A stretch of 64,000 bases of DNA from Dipteris shenzhenensis (taxonomy: Eukaryota), in the NCBI GenBank assembly GCA_047967505.1, contig CM106538.1. One strand, 5' to 3'. Both the position numbers and the translations under genes were made by a program. This document shows, piece by piece, positions 38,293-49,943 of the stretch (the stretch's first letter is position 1; each line of letters begins with the position of its first letter). A model generated the notes under the pieces. That model did no database searches, had not been told where the DNA came from, and saw only the letters and a program-made list of their open reading frames with translations.

Positions 38293-41200
38293 TGTGAAGA
38301 GATTGGGAGAGAGGTAAGGAGTCTCACTTGCAGCTTTCTCACATACACAATGGGGGAATACACACAAAGGTGGAGGCTGAAAACAGTTTTCCTATTTTAA
38401 GTTGTGAAAGCCAAAAGAACATTTGCCAAGTGTATACTGCTTATGTTGTCACAATAAATGACAATTGGCCCATCTTAGACTGATGCATATCATAAAGTAG
38501 CTTATGTAACCAAGCTGCCTCACATGCAGCCATTGATGCACCCCTGTACTCAGACTCTGTGCTCGATAAGGCAACTATAGGCTATTTCTTGTTGCTCCAA
38601 GTGACTACAACACTCCCGAAAGAGAACACATATCCACTGGTAGATCGTCTATCAGAAATACTACTAGCCCAATCAGCATCAGTGTATCCATGCAATTGTA
38701 TTTGAACCCCGATCTCATAAAATAGTCCATACTACAATGTGGGCTTCACATATCTGAGTATGCATCTAACCGCATCCAAATGCGGTTTCCTTGGAGCTTT
38801 CCTAAACTGATTTACCAACCCAATAGCATAGCTCGAATCTGGCCTGGTAATAGTCATATAAATCAAACTTCGTACTATGCGTCTATACACAATAGGGTCT
38901 TCCAGAAGCTCACCTGCATCTGCGCTCAACTTCACATTCTACTCCAAAGGAGCTGAAATAGGCTTACAGCTTGTCATCCCATATTTGGACATGTCCAATC
39001 CATACTACCTCTGCAAGAGCCATATCCCACTTGTGGATCTAATCACCTCAATGCCCAAGAAGTAATGCAGCTCTCCCAAATCCTTCATGTCAAACTTTAA
39101 TAGCATTTTCACATGAAGGATATCTTCATCACTGTCACCTGTGAGGATCAAATCATCAACATAAATGACAAGCAGCATAATACCTTTCTCTCTTTTTCTC
39201 ACATAAAGTGAGAATTTCTCACATATAGTGACAAATCTGCCTTGGAAATCTGAAAGCCAATAGTGACAAGATACTATCCTATCTTGTTAGACCATTTTCT
39301 GGGTGCTTGCTTCAAGCCATACAAGGCTTTCTTCAACCTGCAAACAAACTCAGGATGAACAGCATGAACATAACCTGGTGGCTGCTCCATATAGACCTCT
39401 TCTTGCAAATCACCATACAAGAAAGCATTCTTTACATACATCTGATGTAAAGACCATCCCTTTGATGCAGCCATAGCAATGACTGCTCTTATGGTTGCCA
39501 TCCTTAACTAGACTGAATGTTTCTTCATAATCAATGCCATATGTCTGTGCATACCCCTTGACAACTAATCTTGCCTTGTATCTACTCACAGAACCATCTG
39601 CATTGTGCTTCACCTTATAAACCCACTTGCAGCCAATTGCATTCTTGTCTTTAGGCAAAGGCACCAATTCCCATGTAGCATTTGCTTCCAAGGCATCCAT
39701 TTCTTCATCCATGGCTTTCTCCCATTTTTCTTTTCCCATGGCTTGCTCAAAAGAAGTGGGTTTTGGTTCTTGTATCACTTTGACCATATAGGTATAGTGA
39801 ATGGCTGTAAATCCATCATATTTCAGCCTATCCACAGGATACTTATTTTTGGTAGACCTATGCAAAATAGGCTCACTACCAGGTGCTCTCAAAACATTCC
39901 TTGTCTTCCTTACTCCAGGTGTAACAACAGACAGAATACCCAACTCATCATCAAGGCTCTATTTTGAGCCACTAGATTCACCATCCACATAAGAGTGACC
40001 TGCATTCAAATCAACCATGGGCTGATCTACTTTCTCTTTTCCTTTTCCTGATACTTGCATACCACTATCTGCATTGCTTTGAGGAGACTCTCCTGAACTC
40101 AATCTGTCTGTCCATGGGGAAGTATGTGAACCACTGCTAGAGGACACTACAGGTCCACTAATATTTTGTGATTGCTGCTATGAATTCTATGCAGCATTAC
40201 CATTTTGTGCATCTACATGATCAATCACATTTATTGGTTTATACCAGCTGTTAACGGAAATGAGAGAGAGAGAGAGAGAGAGGAGTGCACACAAGATACT
40301 AACTATACACTAACTGTATTCCAAGGAAAATAGGAATATATACATGGACCCCTTAGGGTTAGGGTTAGGGTTTGTCCCATAACACTTATAGTGCAATTTA
40401 CACACACCATTCTCAACACCCCCTCTTAAATTGCACTACATAAGAAGAGGGTGAGTTATGTATCAAGTCGATTTCTTCACTAAGAACTTTCTCACGAACA
40501 AAGTGATAATGCACTTCAATGTGTTTTGTTCTGGCATGAAACACTGGGTTCTTTGCCAGTTGAATGCTGCTCATATTGTGTCCGAATAGAGCACAGTAGG
40601 GTCTCCAAAAAGTATCTCAATCTCTGAAAGAAGCCTTCTGAACCAAATTGCTTCACATGTTGCATTGGTGGATCCTCTATACTCTGCTTCAGCGGCTTCA
40701 GCGGTAGACAATGCCACTGTTGGTTACTTCTTGCTTTGCCATGACAAGGCTGCAGAGCCAAGACTAAAGCAGTATCCACTGGTGGATCTTCTATCATTTA
40801 CACTTCCTGCCCAGTCAGCATCTGTGTAACCATGGAAGTGTAAGTCGGATGACCTGGCATAACGTAGTCCATGATCCCGGTGTACCATGAATGTATCTGA
40901 GTACTCTCTTCGCTACAAGGAGATGAGTCTTCTTGGGATTCTGCATGAACTGGCTAAGCACACCAACTGCATAAGATATGTTCGGCCTGGTGATTGGCCC
41001 AATATTGTCTTGGAACATTCTTCTCATCAAGCATGCACCTAGATGACTCTGCAATCACCCTGTTCTTTTGTTCACCAACCCATTTTGCTGAGGGGTATAT
41101 CTGCATGTGAACTGACGTGTGATGCCATGCTGTCTGCAAAAGGCATTGAACTTTGTGGACTTGTATTCACCTCCATTGTCACAACAGAGAATCTTTAGGT

Positions 41201-44200
41201 ACTTGCCAGTCTGCTTTTCTACCAAGACTTTGAAGTCTTTGAAGATGTTGAATGTATCAGACTTCTGTTTCAGGAAGTAGATCCAAGTCTTCTTTGAGTA
41301 ATCATCGATGAAGGTCATGAAGTACAAAGCCTTGCCAAGAGACGGTGTAGTAGCCAGACCCCATAGATCTGAATGCATGATCTAAAGAACATCAGTACTT
41401 CGAGTCGAAGATGTTGGAAAGGGCTGTCTGTGTTGCTTACCCATGCAACAAGCCTCACATACATCTTTTTGAAAGTACAATTATGGAAGCCTCTGTACCA
41501 TGCTTGTCTTTTTGAGGGCTACAAGGCTTTTGAAGTTGAGGTGACCATACCTCTTGTGCCATAATGTACTAAAATAGGCATCTTGATTCTGATGATGAGC
41601 TGCTAGGGCTCTCTGGATCGGAATGGCAGAAGAAAGCTTGAACATTCTTCCAATCTTAACACCGTGAGCAATGATGCATTCAGGGCTCTTGAGCTCTCTC
41701 ACGATACATCCATACTTGTTGAAGACGACTTCCATGTCACTCTCAGTCATCTGTCCAACAAAGAGAAGGTTCTGTGCCATTGTGGGGACATAGAACGCAT
41801 CTCCAATGCTCCCTGTGGTGCCTGCATTACTGTGCAAGGGTAAGCTGCCAATCCCTTCGATTTTGTGGGGTGTGTCATCCCCCATCATGACGTTCTCTTT
41901 TGGATTCCGATTGGGACGGAGATCAGAGAACCATTCTTTCTCAGGTGTCATGTGGTTTCTCGCACCAGAGTCAAACCACCATGTGTCCTCATCCTTCTGA
42001 ATCTGAGATGTAGACTGCGATATGAGAACTTTGTGTTGATAGTCCTAAGAGTTGTCTTCATCATAGGCATAGTGGGCGGATTGCCGTTGATGAGGGTTGT
42101 GAGACCTGTTTGATTGGCCTGCATTTCCTAAGTCCCTTTGTTTCTTTCTACATTCTGGTTCCCAATGGCCTGGGATGCCACAATAGTTGCAATTTCCCTC
42201 GCGTTTAGGAGTACTTCCTTGATTTCCTCCTCTTCCAGAGTGACCTCTACCTCTGGGATTCCATGTCCCCCTCTGAGCGGGCAGACCATGACTATGAGTT
42301 GATGAAGATGGAGATTGTCTGCCCTGGTACTAACCTCTGCCTTGATTGCTAAAGCATCCAGAGTTCTTGCCTTTTCCCCTGTATGACCCTCTCGTACCTC
42401 CTCTTGCTGTGAATGCAGTGTCATGATTCTTTGAATCTGTTTTGAGACCACGTCTCAATTGCTCCTACATGAGCATGTTTGACATGAGTTGAAATGTTGG
42501 AGGTGCATCTCGAGTGACTAATGCGGTCACAAACTACCCATAATCTGATCCAAGTCCATTGATGGCAAGTTGGACTAGTCTTTCTTCTTTGACCTCATGT
42601 CCCAGTGATGTGAGCTGATCTCCGAGGTCCTTCAATCTGAGTAAGAAGTTAGGACCTGATTCATTTGGAAGCATTGGAGTGTTGTTGAGTTGATTCTCTA
42701 ACAAGAGAATACGTGACATGTTGTTGGCATTGTACCTCCTTTCCAAAGCTTTCCAAGCAAGTACAACTGAAGTCTGCCCACGAAGAAGAGGGATCATCAT
42801 ATCTTTTACATTGAAGTTGATGATATTCAAGGCAAGTCGAGCCTTGGCATTCCACTCTTTCTGTGTCTTGGTGAGCTCTAGTTGCTGATCTGCTGTAAGA
42901 GGAGTTGTTGAGGTCGGCTCGGGTCGCTTTTCATCTTCTATGACTATGTCCCACAAGTTCTTTAGTTGAAAAATGTTCAGCATCTTGAATTTCCAATTGC
43001 CATAGTTGTTATCATCAAGCTTGCTACTCTGATCAAGGAATATGACATCATCATGTGTTTTTGCCATAGTGCACCAAAAATCAAATCCTTATACAAATAG
43101 CAACCAAGTGCCGGTGATAGCCAGAGGCTTTACAAGGTTTGTAGAAGTGGTGCAAAACCGAATGCCAAAATAGTCAACTAGTGACTTTACAATGTGGCAA
43201 GTGTGTGCAAAGGTGCAACTGTTCTGAATTAAGAACCCCAACTGCCAAGTGACTCAACAAGAGTGAATTTGCCCTCTATCAAGGAATGAAACAAGTGTTG
43301 GTATGTGTGAGATGAATGTCGATGAGAGGTTCCATAGGGACTGGCACCGTTCGGGAACTACTCGGGAATTTTTAGATAGGGCTCCAGATTGGCTTTTGTG
43401 GATTATCTCCTCTAAGGTAGCTAGTCCTCTAACTAGTCTACATGTCCAACGATATGAAAAAGCAGAAAACTAGATTTTATCTTCATTAGGTTTGTGCTGG
43501 GTTCGGAGAGGATGCAATCTGATCAGGAGTGGTGCTGATGGAGAGGTTTCTGCCAACACTGCAACCTAAAAAATCCTAGAAGTCAGAGCTGATGTGACAG
43601 GTGTGTAGAGCATGATCTGGCGAGCGATTTTGGTTTTGGAGCGTCTCCAAATTCCACCTGGATTGAAAGATAGAGCCCACAGAAGAATATGACCTCAAGT
43701 GTGCTAAAAAATGCACTGATGATGTGGCTTGTGTGTGCATATGCTGGAGCACACAGTGTGCCTGTGCACACTTGCTGAGGTGGCAGTAGGCTGGCACTGC
43801 CACGTGTCATGTGAGGTAGTAGTAGTGAAGGGTTAACTATGGTTTAGGCTAACCAACCTGGGAGGATAACCTAACCTCTGGTTATCTTAAGCTAACCCAA
43901 GTGAAAGGCTATCTGCCACGTGAGGTGGTGAGGTGAGAGAATGTAGAGAGAGGAAGAGGGAGTTATGTCTCTGTCGTGAAGACGACGGAGGTCCTGTGAA
44001 ATCTCTGAACGTTGCTACTGGAGTCGGCCAAGAAGACGTTGGGAGCCCGTTGGCTGTGGGCTATGGCGAAGGAGCTCGGTTGCACCCGCGTTGGTTGAGG
44101 CTGGTCGGCCAGTTGAGCCTAGGAGCTTTGATCGTTGAGTGCTACAGGGGCTGTAGAGAGTCGCCCGTCGAGAGTGCTCAAGCAGGAGTGGCCGTGAGGG

Positions 44201-47200
44201 AGGAGAGCTTTTCTACTATGTTGGAGAGTTGTCCGTTGTTTCGAGGCACTGCGCTGGGTTCATTTGGACTCGTCCGTCGTTGAGGGCTAGCGAGCTACAG
44301 AGTCGAGGTTCTGTAGGAGCTTTGGCCGAGGCGTGAAGGAGCCTAAGGTGCAGTCGTTGACAACCCATGAACCTTTGAGAGCTTGTTGCCTTTGCTGTTG
44401 TGGGCGAGGCGGTTGATGGTTCCAAGAATTGGTTCCAAGGCTCACTCGCATCCACGTAAAACCAGAAGAGAACGCGCTGAATATCGCGAATCACAAAAAA
44501 CGTTCTAAGCCATAACGCAAAGTGAGGGACAACACAGAAAACTCCGATCAGTTTCCGTAATCGTTAATTGCCAGAGAGAAAGATGAGATGCCCGTTGGCT
44601 CACTGCTGGAGGTGCGTATGCGATTGTTCAGCGCTGGAGGCGAGATAGGAACCGGGGAGCTTATTTGGCCGAGGCTTGCTGTGGAGCCGCTTTGCTGAGG
44701 ATGCTTGGGCTTCAACATGTCGTTGCAAGAGCCTCATGGGCTGGAGTAGGAGCTGCCCATATGGAGATGTCGTTGCAAGTGTGTGCAGGCATTTGTTGGA
44801 GCTGGTCGACCGATGGAGCTTAGGCTCTGTTGAACGTGAGCTCGTGGAGGGTTGCTGAGCTGGAGAAGCCCGATCTCTGTATGTTGAGTGTCGTTTGAAG
44901 CTGGATGATGCGCTCAAAGAGGGATGTGTTGGAGGCGACTGTGTACAGCTTGTAGCTCTAGAAATGGAAACCGTGGCCTTAGTAGCTGCTGCTAGCATTG
45001 TTGTTGGAGTCTCCAGAGGATCAACCATAGTGGTTGAAGGAAGAGCACCTCGCAAGCCTCTCAAAGCTCCTCTCTCTTAGGAAATAAAAGCTTACAGAAC
45101 CTTAGAGGCTCAAAAATGAACCTTTCTCTCTCACAAAACCTTACAAGATCTCTCAAAGAAATCTACGAAGTTTCAGAACAGCATAACTTGACCTCCATAA
45201 AGCGGAATGGAGAGATTTTAGATCCGAAACGGAGAGGAGACGGGGCTCTACGATGAGAGCTAGCTGAGAGATGAAGATGCCTCATGAAAGAGGGCCTGTT
45301 GCCTTGATGGAACAAGGGCTTCCACTCTCTCTGACAGAAATCTCTCTCAATGGAAGATGCCTCACGCAAGGAGGTCTTGATACTCATGAAGGGAGTGAAG
45401 CACCATTGGCTCTGATATCATGTTAACAGAAATGAGAGAGAGAGAGAGAGAGGAGTGCACACAAGATACTAACTATATTCCAAGGAAAATAGGAATATAT
45501 ACATGGACCCCTTAGGGTTAGGGTTAGGGTTTGTCCCATAACCCTTATAGTGCAATTTACACACACCATTCTCAACACCAACTGCTCATCTCATCAAAAA
45601 CAACATCTCTGCTCACTGTAAGCTTATGAGTAGAAGGGTTATAGCATCTATATCCTTTCTATTGCAGAGAATAACCAATAAAGATGTACTTCTTAGCTTT
45701 TGGATCCAACTTGGATCTCAACTCATCTGGCACATGAACATAGGCAATGCAACCAAAAACATTCAAATGAGAAATATCTGGTCTCCTACTAGTATACCTC
45801 TCCTTTGGCATCATGCCATGTATTGCTGCAGTGGGAGTCCTGTTCATTATGTAGGCTAACTGCTTCAACCCAATAATAATCTAGCAGGTCTTTTTTGTTG
45901 AGCATGGCACGAGATATCTCTCCAATATGCCTGTTTTTCCTTTCTGCAAGTCCATTTTGTTGTGGGATATGACGGTATGAATATTGTGGCTTTATCCCAT
46001 GCTCCCACAGGAACCTTGTAAACTCATTTGAGAGGTACTCTCCCCCTCCATCTGACCTTAGGCATTTTATTTGCAAGCCTGTTTCTTTTTCAACCATAGC
46101 TTTAAAAGCTTTGAAATGCCCAAACACTTCACTTTTATTTTTTGTAAAATACACCCAAACTTTTTGTTATAGTCATAAATAAAAGTGACAAAATAACGAC
46201 ATCCTCTAATAGATGCAGCTTTAGTAGTCCACACATTAGAGTGGATTAATTCCAATGGCCTCTTACTCTCTTAAACATGTCTAGGAAGTGGTTTCCTTGC
46301 CTGTTTTCCAAATTGACAGGCTTCACATACCTTATGCATTTCTGCAACCATGAACATAGGCAATCCTGCAACAATATTTTGGGCCTGCATTAATTTAAGC
46401 CGATGTACATTAACGTGACTAATGTGTTTATACTAGATATCAATATCTGCAACTACACCGGACCCATGTGCAAACATTGCTGCACTGAATTCAGGCATGT
46501 CCACATCCAACGTAAACATCCTGCCCTTCTTCTTCCCTTTTGCTATCAAGCGACCTTTATTCTTCATATCCTCAACAAAGCATCCATGAGGATTAAATCT
46601 GACCTGCAAGCCTTGCTCAACCATTTGACCAACAGAAACCAGGTTCTTGGTGATATTCGGGACATGAAATACATCACATAGGCTTTTTTTTTCCCATCCT
46701 GCATAGACAAAGGAACTTTACTAATCTACACAATAGGATGTGTAGTATCATCACTAGTCTCCACAAATCCTGGTCTTTCCACTTTCCTTGCATCCTGCAT
46801 CCATTCTGCATGACCTGTCATGTGGTTTAATGCACCTAAGTCAACATACTACACATCATTGCTTTTTTCTGCACTTTTCACAGAATTGGTCACGTGCTGC
46901 ACAATAAACAAATGCTCATTTCTGTCATCACTTGTCTACTAGAGGATGCATAATCGCCTTGCTGCAATTTTCCATTCATGATGTCATTCTGCTTTTTATA
47001 GCAGTCTTTAGCCATATGACCCATTTTACCATAGTACTAGCATTCAACATTGCTGTTTGCATTTTGGCCTCTTTGCCATCCACCACGACCTCTTTGGCTC
47101 CCCCTTCATCTAAGGTTACCACGTCCTCCTCCATAGGACTAGTTTTCTTGAATTTGCTGCATATTCTGATTTCTACCACGGCCTCAATCGGCCTGCTCTA

Positions 47201-48130
47201 TGTTTGCCTCTACCTCTTCCAGCATTTGAGTAAAAGACAGCTTCTTTTGAAGTTCCTCTTGAAGAAGATGCACCACCATTTTTCTGCTCTTTAGAAATTA
47301 GAAGAGCAATCAACTCCTCAAAATCAAGAATTTTTTCACGGACGGCAATGGATGTCCGAAATTGTGCATAATCCTTTCCTAGACCATTCAAGGTCACAGA
47401 AACTAAATCATCATCTTCCACTGGCGACCCAATGGAAGCAAGTGCATCTACAATCTTCTTCACCTTCATGTGGTAATCATTGATGCTCATATTTTCTCTC
47501 TGCATATTATGCAACTCCGGCTTAAGCTGCATTTTCCTGGCTTGCGTATTTGTGCTATACATTTTTGTTAAAGTATCCCACGCTTCCTTTAGCATGCTTG
47601 CATTCTGAATATGCACAATCATAGAATCTAAAATACTAATAGACAGCCAGTACGTAACTTTTCTAGCTCTCTCATGCCATCCTTTAAATGCCTACAACTC
47701 TTGTTGATTGGGAACATTAGGAATAAATGGTTCTTATTCAGCTCTAGTAACGAACTCCCAATAGCCTTTTCCCTTAAGGAAATTTGTCATTCTAAACTTC
47801 CATGATGGGAAGCTATTCTTGTCAAGCTTTTTAGTGACTATCTGCAAAAGAGCATTAGACGCCATTACAAAACACTGCAAAAATATTCTATCACTGCAAA
47901 ACTAATGAAAGTGGTATTTAACCGCATAGCCACTTCCTAGTGACAATTTTGCATCAACAAGAAATAAGAATGAATCTATCACTCCCAATATCTCTGTGCA
48001 TAGGCATACGATGTAATTTCTGTGGCAACTTTTCACCGACTTGCAAAAGAGTGGTCGCACAGCAAAAATAGGGCACCTTTTTGAGTACCTATGGAAAACT
48101 TTCACCACCAAAATGGGCCCCGAAATGTTG
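38293..48130 (-). mobile_element. Copia family A copy 3, decayed, 5' LTR missing, 3' LTR partial (38293-38420), interrupted by family D
   Basis: gag start at 47865; PR, IN, RT and RH fragments collinear with 6722-11081; RH fused to mid-LTR. Confidence 0.92.
40249..45577 (-). mobile_element. Copia family D, both LTRs present, most of RT deleted
   Basis: LTRs 40249-40418 and 45421-45577; TSD CCAGC/CCAAC; PBS rc 45409-45420; PPT rc 40419-40427; gag start 43067; IN joined to RT C-terminus near 41000. Confidence 0.94.
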
Positions 48131-48431
48131 GCCCTATTTTTTTGACGAGGTCATTTCGGGGCCCGATTTGGTGGCGAAAGTTTTCCGTAGGCACTTAGCT
48201 GGAAAGTGCCCTATTCTTTGCTATGCGCCCACTATTCTACAGGTCGCACAACAAGACAAAGCACCCACAGACGTGCACACAGACGCGTTTACTGAACTAA
48301 AAAAAAACTTACGGACACATCTATTTGCACGTCTAGAGACCCGCATCTAATGGCACGTCTATATAGTAGACGGATGCACGTATAGACACACATCTAGATG
48401 CGTAAATAGATGCTCTGCTAAAAAATTTAAA

Positions 48432-48606
48432 AAACAGATAGACGCATCGTTAAATGCGTGTATAGATGCATTTATAAACGGTCTTATAGATGCTTTTATA
48501 GATGTGCAAATAGACCTCGAAACAGATAGACGCATCGTTAAATGCATGTATGGATGCATTTATAAACGGTCTTATAGATGCTTTTATAGATGTGCAAATA
48601 GACCTC
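48432..48606 (+). repeat. 88-bp tandem duplication in a DNA-transposon-like subterminal region
   Basis: AAACAGATAGACGCATCGTTAAATG at 48432 and 48520. Confidence 0.85.
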
Positions 48607-48850
48607 GGGGGGGTCATTCATCATATGTAACCCTATCATGTGAGTTCAATAGAAGGATGTTTTTAATATTTAAAATTTACACAAATTAAAATACATAAGG
48701 CAGTTTTTAAAATGATTTTGGAAAAAATTTACAGATTTGTATAGAAAAAGGGTACATTTTATTAATGGAAAAATTACAAATAAGGGATTTTACAAATAGG
48801 CCTTGAATGCACGTGATATTGAGGGTTTATACATAGTGACCCCCCCCGAG
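48604..48850. mobile_element. MITE with G-run terminal inverted repeats
   Basis: CTCGGGGGGGTCA...TGACCCCCCCCGAG, imperfect inverted similarity over ~45 bp, AT-rich core. Confidence 0.75.
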
Positions 48851-49296
48851 AAACAGACGCTCCCCGAACAGACAGACGCATATATAGCACCTTTATAGAC
48901 GCACTGATAGACGCGCTACATAATATTTTTTAAATTTACAGAATGCTGTGTGTATGCTATATAGTTACAGGAATCCCATTTCCACATTGTGTAATTCAAT
49001 TCTTACAGCCAACCGCATTTTAATGAGCACTCTTGCAAGCACGTCTATAGCCAACAATTACAATTCCAAATAAAACATTACAACTCCAAAACGTTTAGTT
49101 CACAAGGCATTAATTGATAGAACATTGCACAAGAAAATTGAAAGCTCAAAAAGTGCTTGTATGTACATATAGCACGAAGCTAAGCCATGTCATGTGGCTT
49201 CAAGTACAAAAAATAAGAGGAGTGTATATACAAGAGGCATGAAGCCAAGCCAGTGGCTTTAAGTACAAAAAAGAGTAGCTAGCACTACTTCTATAA

Positions 49297-49943
49297 CTAA
49301 TCTAAGTTCTCCACGTCCTCGCTCCCTTCCACGCTCCCTTCTGCGCTCCCTTCTATGTTCCCTTCTCCGCCTCCTTCCTCGTCTTCTTCCTCGTCTTCTT
49401 GTGTTGGGGCTTGTAAACAAGGGACAACATATATCAATGTATGAAAAATCAAATCTTTACTTATAATATTGACATTATTTAATTACTTTCAAATACCTCG
49501 GGGGCTACTCCAGTAGCCTGGATATACTGCTCCTCAGTAATCAACCCATCATGATAGAAGTACTTCCATGTAACTCCTCTGCGATGGTGGCGATGGTAGG
49601 CTATCTCGACAGGAGTAGGGTATCTGCGCACGATCTCAAGCTGCAAGATGACACAATTTGCGGAGGGGTTAGTACAAAGAAACAACCTCCTAATAAACTA
49701 CATAAGCAATATAATTTGAGATCAATACTTACAAATTGGGCCTCCCATGATTCAACACACCCTGCTCCAAAATGCACGCTTCCATTTGCTCCATCTGGAT
49801 CCTTCATGCCTCCACGTGCTGCAGACTGGGGTCCTCCCTCGCTGACTTCATTGCTTTCTTCCACTCATGCTTGTGAGCAGTGTGGGGCAGGCCCCTTGGT
49901 GGTTGACCTCCCTCGAGCCTGGCAAGCTCTGCTAGTGCCTGCC
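49297..49943 (-). pseudogene. 3' three exons of a spliced gene of unknown function (probably transposon-encoded), cut by the copia at 49944
   Basis: Exons 49733-49943, 49497-49640 (144 nt, LEIVRRYPTP..VAPE) and 49297-49410 (acidic tail); introns of 92 and 86 nt, last acceptor decayed. Confidence 0.65.

Noticed and set aside
40350-40375. Interstitial telomere or chromosome fusion scar
   Set aside because: Only three units, and present at the same position in both LTRs of the element
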